From contig NIVC01001103.1 of assembly GCA_002269645.1 (NCBI GenBank), positions 264,847 to 328,846 of the forward strand: a stretch of 64,000 bases of DNA, in the 5' to 3' direction. The notes under the pieces are model-generated. The model saw only the letters and a program-made list of their open reading frames with translations, made no database searches and was not told the DNA's origin. Made by a program: the position numbers and the translations under genes. Position 1 is the first letter of the stretch, and every line of letters begins with the position of its first letter. Below, piece by piece: positions 47,845-59,423 of the stretch. Source of the DNA: Macrostomum lignano (lineage: Eukaryota).

Positions 47845-50800
47845 TTAGAGACAGGATGAGAGAGACAGGGTGAGAGAGAGAGACAGGGTGAGAGAGAGAC
47901 GGCGAGAGAGAGAGACAGGGTGAGAGAGACAGGGTGAGAGAGAGACGGCGAGAGAGAGAGACAGGATGAGAGAGACAGGGTGAGAGAGAGAGACAGGGTG
48001 AGAGAGAGACGGCGAGAGAGAGAGACAGGGTGAGAGAGAGAGACGGCGAGAGTGAGACAGGGTGAGAGAGAGAGGGGGTGAGAGAGAGACAGGATGAGCG
48101 AGACAGGATGAGAGAGACAGGATGAGAGAGACTGGGTGAGAGAGAGAGAGACTGGGTGAGAGAGACAGGATGAGAGAGACTGGGTGAGAGAGAGACAGGG
48201 TGAGAGAGAGACGGCGAGAGAGAGAGACAGGGTGAGAGAGACAGGGTGAGAGAGAGACGGCGAGAGAGAGAGACAGGATGAGAGAGACAGGGTGAGAGAG
48301 AGAGACAGGGTGAGAGAGAGACGGCGAGAGAGAGAGACAGGGTGAGAGAGAGAGACGGCGAGAGTGAGACAGGGTGAGAGAGAGAGGGGGTGAGAGAGAG
48401 ACAGGATGAGCGAGACAGGATGAGAGAGACAGGATGAGAGAGACTGGGTGAGAGAGAGAGAGACTGGGTGAGAGAGACAGGATGAGAGAGACTGGGTGAG
48501 AGAGAGACAGGGTGAGAGAGAGACAGGATGAGAGAGAGACAAGGTGAGAGAGAGACAGGGTGAGAGAGAGACAGGATGAGAGAGAGACAAGGTGAGAGAG
48601 AGACAGGGTGAGAGAGAGACAAGGTGAGAGAGAGACAGGGTGAGAGAGAGACAGGATGAGAGAGAGACAAGGTGAGAGAGAGACAGGGTGAGAGAGAGAC
48701 AAGGTGAAAGAGAGACAAGGTGAGAGAGAGACAGGGTGAGAGAGAGAGAGAGACAGGGTGAGAGAGAGACAGGGTGAGAGAGAGACAAGGTGAGAGAGAG
48801 ACAAGGTGAGAGAGAGACAGGGTGAGAGAGAGACATGGTGAGAGAGAGACAAGGTGAGAGAGAGACAGGGTGAGAGAGAGACAGAATGAGAGAGAGACAG
48901 GGTGAGAGAGAGACATGGTGAGAGAGAGACAAGGTGAGAGAGAGACAAGGTGAAAGAGAGACAAGGTGAAAGAGAGACAGGGTGAGAGAGAGACAAGGTG
49001 AAAGAGAGACAAGGTGAGAGAGAGACAGGGTGAGAGAGAGACAGGGTGAGAGAGAGACAGGGTGAGAGAGAGACAGGGAGAGAGAGAGAGACAGGGTGAG
49101 AGAGAGAGACAGGGTGAGAGAGAGACAAGGTGAAAGAGAGACAAGGTGAGAGAGAGACAAGGTGAGAGAGAGACAGGGTGAGAGAGAGAGACAGGATGAG
49201 AGAGAGACAAGGTGAGAGAGAGACAGGGTGAGAGAGAGACAGGATGAGAGAGAGACAAGGTGAGAGAGAGACAGGGTGAGAGAGAGACAAGGTGAAAGAG
49301 AGACAAGGTGAGAGAGAGACAGGGTGAGAGAGAGAGAGAGACAGGGTGAGAGAGAGACAGGGTGAGAGAGAGACAGGATGAAAGAGAGACAAGGTGAGAG
49401 AGAGACAGGGTGAGAGAGAGACAAGGTGAAAGAGAGACAAGGTGAGAGAGAGACAGGGTGAGAGAGAGAGAGAGAGAGACAGGGTGAGAGAGAGACAGGG
49501 TGAGAGAGAGACAAGGTGAGAGAGAGACAAGGTGAGAGAGAGACAGGGTGAGAGAGAGACATGGTGAGAGAGAGACAAGGTGAGAGAGAGACAGGGTGAG
49601 AGAGAGACAGAATGAGAGAGAGACAGGGTGAGAGAGAGACATGGTGAGAGAGAGACAAGGTGAGAGAGAGACAAGGTGAAAGAGAGACAAGGTGAAAGAG
49701 AGACAGGGTGAGAGAGAGACAAGGTGAAAGAGAGACAAGGTGAGAGAGAGACAGGGTGAGAGAGAGAGAGAGACAAGGTGAAAGAGAGACAAGGTGAGAG
49801 AGAGACAGGGTGAGAGAGAGAGAGAGAGAGAGAGACAGGGTGAGAGAGAGACAGGGTGAGAGAGAGACAAGGTGAGAGAGAGACAAGGTGAGAGAGAGAC
49901 AGGGTGAGAGAGAGACATGGTGAGAGAGAGACAAGGTGAGAGAGAGACAGGGTGAGAGAGAGACAGAATGAGAGAGAGAGACAGGGTGAGAGAGAGACAT
50001 GGTGAGAGAGAGACAAGGTGAGAGAGAGACAAGGTGAAAGAGAGACAAGGTGAAAGAGAGACAGGGTGAGAGAGAGACAGGGTGAGAGAGAGACAAGGTG
50101 AAAGAGAGACAAGGTGAGAGAGAGACAGGGTGAGAGAGAGACATGGTGAGAGAGAGACAGAATGAGAGAGAGACAGGATGAGAGAGAGACAGGGTGAGAG
50201 AGAGACAGAATGAGAGAGAGACAGGGTGAGAGAGAGACAGGGTGAGAGAGAGACAGGGTGAGAGAGAGACGGCGAGAGAGAGAGACAGGGTGAGAGAGAC
50301 AGGGTGAGAGAGAGACGGCGAGAGAGAGAGACAGGATGAGAGAGACAGGGTGAGAGAGAGAGACAGGGTGAGAGAGAGACGGCGAGAGAGAGAGACAGGG
50401 TGAGAGAGAGAGACGGCGAGAGTGAGACAGGGTGAGAGAGAGAGGGGGTGAGAGAGAGACAGGATGAGCGAGACAGGATGAGAGAGACAGGATGAGAGAG
50501 ACTGGGTGAGAGAGAGAGAGACTGGGTGAGAGAGACAGGATGAGAGAGACTGGGTGAGAGAGAGACAGGATGAGAGAGACTGGGTGAGAGAGAGACAGGA
50601 TGAGAGAGAGACAGGGTGAGAGAGAGACATGATAACAGAGGTAGGGTGAGAGAGAGACAGGGTGAGAGAGAGACAGGATGAGAGAGAGACAGGATGAGAG
50701 AGACTGGGTGAGAGAGAGAGAGACTGGGTGAGAGAGACAGGATGAGAGAGACTGGGTGAGAGAGAGACAGGATGAGAGAGACTGGGTGAGAGAGAGACAG

Positions 50801-52789
50801 GATGAGAGAGAGACAGGGTGAGAGAGAGACATGATAACAGAGGTAGGGTGAGAGAGAGACAGGGTGAGAGAGAGACAGGATGAGAGAGAGACAGGATGAG
50901 AGAGAGACAGGGTGAGAGAGAGAGACAGGGTGAGAGAGAGACAGGGTGAGAGAGAGACAGGATGAGAGAGAGACAGGGTGAGAGAGAGACAGGGTGAGAG
51001 AGAGACAAGGTGAAAGAGAGACAAGGTGAGAGAGAGACAGAATGAGAGAGAGACAGGGTGAGAGAGAGACAGGGTGATAGAGAGACAGGGTGAGAGAGAG
51101 ACAAGGTGAGAGAGAGACAGGGTGAGAGAGAGACAGGGTGAGAGAGAGACAGGGTGATAGAGAGACAGGATGAGAGAGAGACAGGGTGAGAGTGAGAGAC
51201 AGGGTGAGAGAGAGAGACAGGGTGAGAGAGAGAGACAGGGTGAGAGAGAGACAAGGTGAAAGAGAGACAAGGTGAGAGAGAGACAGGGTGAGAGAGAGAC
51301 AGGGTGAGAGAGAGACAGGGTGAGAGAGAGACAGGGAGAGAGAGAGACAGGGTGAGAGAGAGAGACAGGGTGAGAGAGAGACAAGGTGAAAGAGAGACAA
51401 GGTGAGAGAGAGACAAGGTGAGAGAGAGACAGGGTGAGAGAGAGACAGGATGAGAGAGAGACAAGGTGAGAGAGAGACAGGGTGAGAGAGAGACAGGATG
51501 AGAGAGAGACAAGGTGAGAGAGAGACAGGGTGAGAGAGAGACAAGGTGAAAGAGAGACAAGGTGAGAGAGAGACAGGGTGAGAGAGAGAGAGAGACAGGG
51601 TGAGAGAGAGACAGGGTGAGAGAGAGACAGGATGAAAGAGAGACAAGGTGAGAGAGAGACAGGGTGAGAGAGAGACAAGGTGAAAGAGAGACAAGGTGAG
51701 AGAGAGACAGGGTGAGAGAGAGAGAGAGAGAGACAGGGTGAGAGAGAGACAGGGTGAGAGAGAGACAAGGTGAGAGAGAGACAAGGTGAGAGAGAGACAG
51801 GGTGAGAGAGAGACATGGTGAGAGAGAGACAAGGTGAGAGAGAGACAGGGTGAGAGAGAGACAGAATGAGAGAGAGACAGGGTGAGAGAGAGACATGGTG
51901 AGAGAGAGACAAGGTGAGAGAGAGACAAGGTGAAAGAGAGACAAGGTGAAAGAGAGACAGGGTGAGAGAGAGACAAGGTGAAAGAGAGACAAGGTGAGAG
52001 AGAGACAGGGTGAGAGAGAGACAGGGTGAGAGAGAGACAGGGTGAGAGAGAGACAGGGAGAGAGAGAGAGACAGGGTGAGAGAGAGAGACAGGGTGAGAG
52101 AGAGACAAGGTGAAAGAGAGACAAGGTGAGAGAGAGACAAGGTGAGAGAGAGACAGGGTGAGAGAGAGACAGGATGAGAGAGAGACAAGGTGAGAGAGAG
52201 ACAGGGTGAGAGAGAGACAGGATGAGAGAGAGACAAGGTGAGAGAGAGACAGGGTGAGAGAGAGACAAGGTGAAAGAGAGACAAGGTGAGAGAGAGACAG
52301 GGTGAGAGAGAGAGAGAGACAGGGTGAGAGAGAGACAGGGTGAGAGAGAGACAGGATGAAAGAGAGACAAGGTGAGAGAGAGACAGGGTGAGAGAGAGAC
52401 AAGGTGAAAGAGAGACAAGGTGAGAGAGAGACAGGGTGAGAGAGAGAGAGAGAGAGACAGGGTGAGAGAGAGACAGGGTGAGAGAGAGACAAGGTGAGAG
52501 AGAGACAAGGTGAGAGAGAGACAGGGTGAGAGAGAGACATGGTGAGAGAGAGACAAGGTGAGAGAGAGACAGGGTGAGAGAGAGACAGAATGAGAGAGAG
52601 ACAGGGTGAGAGAGAGACATGGTGAGAGAGAGACAAGGTGAGAGAGAGACAAGGTGAAAGAGAGACAAGGTGAAAGAGAGACAGGGTGAGAGAGAGACAA
52701 GGTGAAAGAGAGACAAGGTGAGAGAGAGACAGGGTGAGAGAGAGAGAGAGACAAGGTGAAAGAGAGACAAGGTGAGAGAGAGACAGGGT

Positions 52790-52820
<31 letters not shown>

Positions 52821-53935
52821 TGAGAGAGAGACAGGGTGAGAGAGAGACAAGGTGAGAGAGAGACAAGGTGAGAGAGAGACAGGGTGAGAGAGAGACATGG
52901 TGAGAGAGAGACAAGGTGAGAGAGAGACAGGGTGAGAGAGAGACAGAATGAGAGAGAGAGACAGGGTGAGAGAGAGACATGGTGAGAGAGAGACAAGGTG
53001 AGAGAGAGACAAGGTGAAAGAGAGACAAGGTGAAAGAGAGACAGGGTGAGAGAGAGACAGGGTGAGAGAGAGACAAGGTGAAAGAGAGACAAGGTGAGAG
53101 AGAGACAGGGTGAGAGAGAGACATGGTGAGAGAGAGACAGAATGAGAGAGAGACAGGATGAGAGAGAGACAGGGTGAGAGAGAGACAGAATGAGAGAGAG
53201 ACAGGGTGAGAGAGAGACAGGGTGAGAGAGAGACAGAATGAGAGAGAGACAGGATGAGAGAGAGACAGGGTGAGAGAGAGACAGAATGAGAGAGAGACAG
53301 GGTGAGAGAGAGACAGGGTGAGAGAGAGACAGAATGAGAGAGAGACAAGGTGAGAGAGAGACAGAATGAGAGAGAGACAGGGTGAGAGAGAGACAGAATG
53401 AGAAAGAGACAGGGTGAGAGAGAGACAGGGTGAGAGAGAGACAGAATGAGAGAGAGACAGGGTGAGAGAGAGACAGAATGAGAGAGAGACAGGGTGAGAG
53501 AGAGACAAGGTGAGAGAGAGACAAGGTGAAAGAGAAACAAGGTGAGAGAGAGACAAGGTGAGAGAGAGAGACAAGGTGAAAGAGAGACAAGGTGAGAGAG
53601 AGACAGGGAGAGAGAGAGAGACAGGGAGAGAGAGAGAGACAGGGTGAGAGAGAGAGAGACAGGGTGAGAGAGAGACAGGGTGAGAGAGAGACAAGGTGAA
53701 AGAGAGACAAGGTGAGAGAGAGACAGGGTGAGAGAGAGACAAGGTGAGAGAGAGACAAGGTGAGAGAGAGACAGGGTGAGAGAGAGACAGGGTGAGAGAG
53801 AGACAAGGTGAAAGAGAGACAAGGTGAGAGAGACAGGGTGAGAGAGAGACAAGGTGAGAGAGAGACAGAATGAGAGAGAGACAGGGTGAGAGAGAGAGAG
53901 AGACAGGGTGAGGCAGGAGAGAGGGTGAGAGTGAG
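47845..53935. repeat. ~6-kb purine-rich satellite, ~16-bp unit GAGAGAGAGACAGGGT with variants (CAAGGT, CAGGAT, CAGAAT, CGGC), kb-scale internal duplications
   Basis: Direct reading; source of three ~2000-aa SL-repeat ORFs. Confidence 0.98.
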
Positions 53936-54693
53936 AGGGAGTTAATACAAGAGCAGGGCGAAGGCAAAATGAGACAGATACCTAGTCTAGTGGGCGTCAT
54001 GCGAAGGAGCTCGTAACAATAATTAATCCTCAATGACCATGCACACTTATGGACGCATGCGATGAATATCGAAATTCAAGCAAATAAGTATCAATACATT
54101 TTCGTTCTTTAGTGAACTTATCTAGATTTGCCTGGCGCTGCAATCTTATAATCATAAATACATTAGTTAAGCTGTTGCATGTCAATTTTGTTATTCTTAC
54201 CTTTGCTGAAAGCAAAGCCGACTCACTGCAGTTCAGACCAATGCGATATTCGGCCAACAGCAAAATCTGCTGCTTCAACAATAGGTATACTTTATAGCTG
54301 AAGGGAATAACAAATTTAAAGCCACTGCGCCGATAGGGCCGCCGATAGGCCGCGTGTGACCGCACGTCGGCTCACTGGGAGAGGCCAGTTGTATTTGTAC
54401 GGAGAGCGCGGGTCGGCTGGGGCTATTTTTAGAACTGTCGTCATTGGCTCACCGTACGGACCCCGAATTTAACTGGCTGCCGGCTCGCGGCAATGAAATG
54501 TGTTCATTGCATATTGTACGAGTACACTCCCCCCAGCCCAGTCAGTTCATAAAGCACGGCCGGCCCTGGGCTGCCTGTGAAGATCCAGCAGCGAGCAGAA
54601 TGCCGTCAGAGAATGATTTTTGCAATGTAAATACCCGGAAAAAGTTTCTTGCACTGCTGACAGTGATTGGAAGAAAATCGGTGAACTTGGAAA

Positions 54694-54756
54694 AGATAGA
54701 TGGATAGGTAGATAGATAGGTAGATAGATAGGTAGATAGATAGGTAGATAGATAGG

Positions 54757-54794
<38 letters not shown>

Positions 54795-54808
54795 CAAACA
54801 GACAGACA

Positions 54809-54845
<37 letters not shown>

Positions 54846-54941
54846 ACAGACACAAATAGACAGAGAGACAGACAGACAGACAGGCAGGCAGGCAGGCAGA
54901 CAGACAGACAGAGAGACAGGCAGGCATGCAGGCAAACACAA

Positions 54942-55006
<65 letters not shown>

Positions 55007-55016
55007 TAGATAGACC

Positions 55017-55070
<54 letters not shown>

Positions 55071-55089
55071 TAGATAGACCGACAGACAT

Positions 55090-55170
<81 letters not shown>

Positions 55171-55180
55171 TAGATAGACC

Positions 55181-55230
<50 letters not shown>

Positions 55231-55249
55231 TAGATAGACCGACAGACAT

Positions 55250-55332
<83 letters not shown>

Positions 55333-55395
55333 CACAGACAGACAGACAGACAGACAGACAGAGAGGCAGGCAGGCAGGCATGCAGGCAGACACAA

Positions 55396-55438
<43 letters not shown>

Positions 55439-55439
55439 C

Positions 55440-55480
<41 letters not shown>

Positions 55481-55513
55481 GAGGCAGGCAGGCAGGCATG
55501 CAGGCAGACACAA

Positions 55514-55580
<67 letters not shown>

Positions 55581-55631
55581 CATAGACAGACAGACAGACA
55601 GACAGAGAGACAGGCATGCAGGCAGACACAA

Positions 55632-55674
<43 letters not shown>

Positions 55675-55675
55675 C

Positions 55676-55716
<41 letters not shown>

Positions 55717-55749
55717 GAGGCAGGCAGGCAGGCATGCAGGCAGACACAA

Positions 55750-55816
<67 letters not shown>

Positions 55817-55895
55817 CATAGACAGACAGACAGACAGACAGAGAGACAGGCATGCAGGCAGACACAAATAGACAGACAGACAGTCAGACAGACAG
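54694..55895. repeat. Compound (GATA)/(GACA)/(GGCA)n microsatellite, ~1.2 kb
   Basis: Direct reading. Confidence 0.98.
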
Positions 55896-56361
55896 ACAGT
55901 TTAGACACAACAGTTTAGATTTAAATGAAAAACGCTGCATGCAGTCAATAATAACACGGATTTTCAACCGCAATAACAGAGCGGGACCAATAAGACAAAA
56001 CAGCGTCTATCATACAAAAAGTGAGCGAGCCGTTCTATTTGTCACCGCGGTGCAGGAATCAGCGCACACAAAAACTGTTCGCATTTCGGAGAAGTGAAAT
56101 ACAGTCATAAGCACAGGGGTCAGTAGTTGAGCCGGGATGAAAAACCGTAACAAACGACAAGTGCAAAAACAGTGCAAAATACAAAAATTGACTCAGATTA
56201 GCAGGGAGGTTTGCTGAAAAGTGCTATGAAAATTGAAACTCCCGGCACAATAATGTCATGAATTAAATTCAACACGAGCGGCAAGGCTCAAGGGCTCAGC
56301 TGGTTGGTTCTACTCCAGCACTCCAGTGGGCACAGCAAAATTTACTTTTCATAGCTGAGGG

Positions 56362-56820
56362 AGACCTAATGAGACAGGTGAGGGAGATCTAATGCGATTA
56401 GATGAGAGAGACCTAATGAGATTAGATGATAGAGACGTAATGAGACAGGTAAAGGAGACCTAATGAGACAGGTGAGGGAGACCTAATGAGACAGGTGAGA
56501 GCGACCTAATGAGACAGGTGAGAAACCTAATGAGACAGGTGAGAAACCTAATGAGACAGGTGAGAGAGACCTAATGAGACAGGTGATAGAGACCTAATGA
56601 GACAGGTGATATAGACCTAATGAGACAGGTGATAGAGACCTAATGAGACAGGTGATAGAGACCTAATGAGACAGGTGATAGAGACCTAATGAGACAGGTG
56701 AGAGAGACCTAATGAGACAGGTGAGAGAGACCTAATGTTACAGGTGAGAGAGACCTAATGAGACAGGTGAGAGACCTAATGAGACAGGTGAGAAAGACCT
56801 AATGAGACAGGTGAGGGAGG
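56362..56820. repeat. 21-23-bp minisatellite GACCTAATGAGACAGGTGAGAGA, ~20 copies
   Basis: Direct reading. Confidence 0.94.
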
Positions 56821-57454
56821 CAACTACACCGAACCAGGTTGAGCAAGCCAAGAAAGTAATTAACTAGATAACAATAATACTAGATGAATTTTTTTTTAAA
56901 CTATGAAAAATTTAACAGAATTTGATAATGAAAAAAGCTTTGGAAAAGGGCCGCAGAAAAGACTCTATATTGCAGATTTGTATTCATAAAAAATCAAAAA
57001 GAGAACTCAAAAAAAACTATTTTTTGCAACGAATACAAGTAACAGATCGAGCAAGTATAATAATACAATTCGTATGATATAAAAACAAAAGGAAGAATTC
57101 ATGCTTAGGTAATTAAGCAAATAAATCAATCAAAATCTGAGCTGATTATTTTAGTTTTGTCACCTGCACTTTTCTTGAGCGTCGATTTGACGATTGTAAA
57201 AAAAGCACCTAATAGGTAGTAATTTATATATAGCTAATAAAAAACTGACTTAGCACAGTGCGCTACTAACAGTAGCAGGGAAAAAGTTAAGGATAAACGA
57301 ATATAAATAAATGTACATGGCGCGCGCAAAATAACACCACGCTTGTTTAATTAGTATTAGGCGAGATGACTTCGGCGGTTGACTAAATAAATAAACGACA
57401 ATACAAATGATAAGTAAAAAGAGCGCTATATATAGCATGCTTGCCATGGCTCAG

Positions 57455-58330
57455 CCAAGGACAACTAGGACGATCTGGACTAATAGCTTCTCAAAAATAT
57501 TCAAAGACAACTAAGTAAGACAATCTGGACTGATAGCTTCTCCTCAAAGATTAAATTCAAGGACAACTAAGTAGACAATCTGGACTGATAGCTTCTCCTC
57601 AAAGATTAAATTCAAGGACAACTAAGTAGACAATCTGGACTGATAGCTTCTCAAAGATTAAATTCAAGGACAACTAAGTAGACAATCTGGACTGATAGCT
57701 TCTCCTCAAAGATTAAATTCAAGGACAACTAAGTAGACAATCTGGACTGATAGCTTCTCCTCAAAGATTAAATTCAAGGACAACTAAGTAGACAATCTGG
57801 ACTGATAGCTTCTCCTCAAAGATTAAATTCAAGGACAACTAAGTAGACAATCTGGACTGATAGCTTCTCCTCAAAGATTAAATTCAAGGACAACTAAGTA
57901 GACAATCTGGACTGATAGCTTCTCCTCAAAGATTAAATTCAAGGACAACTAAGTAGACAATCTGGACTGATAGCTTCTCAAAGATTAAATTCAAGGACAA
58001 CTAAGTAGACAATCTGGACTGATAGCTTCTCCTCAAAGATTAAATTCAAGGACAACTAAGTAGACAATCTGGACTGATAGCTTCTCAAAGATTAAATTCA
58101 AGGACAACTAAGTAGACAATCTGGACTGATAGCTTCTCCTCAAAGATTAAATTCAAGGACAACTAAGTAGACAATCTGGACTGATAGCTTCTCCTCAAAG
58201 ATTAAATTCAAGGACAACTAAGTAGACAATCTGGACTGATAGCTTCTCCTCAAAGATTAAATTCAAAGACAACTAAGTAGACAATCTGGACTGATAGCTT
58301 CTCAAAAATTAAATTAAAGGACGACTTAAG
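57455..58330. repeat. 55/52-bp minisatellite GGACAACTAAGTAGACAATCTGGACTGATAGCTTCT(CCT)CAAAGATTAAATTCAA, ~16 copies
   Basis: Direct reading. Confidence 0.96.
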
Positions 58331-59002
58331 TAGGGAGGACAGGAAACTTAATTTCTTAGAAAACCCACTACTCCAAGACGTCTAGACAAATATTTACCAG
58401 AAATTTTCACTGGTTTCCCGTCCGTGAGTATTTTTTAAGTCAGAAGGGGGCTATATCCGAAGTCCAGATCTCCAGCTCACTCTGACTCAACAGCGCCAAT
58501 AGATGAATAATATCAATAGATTATTATTACAAAACTTGAAACACGATACAAAAAAGCAGAGCAAATTGAACTAACAAAGAAACACAAGAATTGCAGAAGA
58601 AAAAGCACAACAAACTAGAAATAAACTGCAATAAAAGTTGAGAACTGAAAAATGGTATTATAAAAGCAGAAACCGGATCGCTGGGGATGGGATGGAGCTA
58701 ATCATAAAGCAAGTTATGCTGTTCTAGACCAGATTAGAATTATATTGTATTAATAACTATAAACGCAAAACAAAAATCAATGCATATAAATATGCTTTAT
58801 ATACAGTCATCAAAACTTAGGTACTTCTTAACTTCTTGGACAACCCGATAAGACGCTGAAATCATCGAAATCAACTCAAGAATATAAAAAGAGTTTCTGA
58901 ATCAAAACTAAACAAACGATTGAAACTGAAAATACACCAATAATACATCCTGACTTTTTTATTCCAGCTTTATTTAGTTTAAAGGCAATCTTTCTCTTCA
59001 AG

Positions 59003-59310
59003 AGGGGTTGCAGCCTAGTGGTTAGAGTGTCTGACTCATGACCAAAGGTCGGGGGTTCGATTCCCGATCCCACTGGAACAATTTGTGTCCTTGAGCAAGA
59101 CAACTCTGCATTGCTTCAGTTCACCCAGCTGTAAAATGGGTGCCAGCATTAGCTGGGGTAACTGAGGGTGTGTGGCGACCCCCCAGTCCTTGGACTGGAC
59201 AGCCGTACGCAGCCTTCAGATGCGCCGCGCAATCTAGCTGCGGCTGAGCTGTCGGTTGCACATCTAGCCGAATTGGGGCAGGTGTAGTTAATTATGAATT
59301 ATTATTATTC
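59003..59310 (+). mobile_element. tRNA-derived SINE, copy 1 (CORE/V-like central domain, ATT tail)
   Basis: A box TAGTGGTTAG at ~59016 and B box GGTTCGATTCC at 59054-59064. Central GTGTCCTTGAGCAAGAC...CCCAGCTGTAAAATGGG and an (ATT)n tail. A homologous copy lies at ~61984. Confidence 0.85.
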
Positions 59311-59423
59311 TCTTCAAAGATACTGGCAATTTGTCTTGTAATCATCCCTAAGCTGTTTGTCAGTTTGTTTCGCGTCTCCCAGACCTTTGACGCGCACACA
59401 TCTCGATCTACAACACCTGAGCC

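Noticed and set aside
47771-54033. Three ~2000-aa Ser/Leu ORFs
   Set aside because: Translations of the CT-rich satellite strand, open in all frames because the repeat lacks stops.
54542-55908. CLSV-repeat ORFs of ~440 aa
   Set aside because: (CTGT)n microsatellite.
26773-58330. 28-, 34-, 40- and 55-bp arrays as CRISPR
   Set aside because: Head-to-tail units without unique spacers, no cas genes, and a eukaryotic context.
59003-59075. tRNA genes at the SINE heads (also ~61984-62055)
   Set aside because: A and B boxes are present, but they continue into a shared SINE body and ATT tail, and I could not fold a clean cloverleaf.
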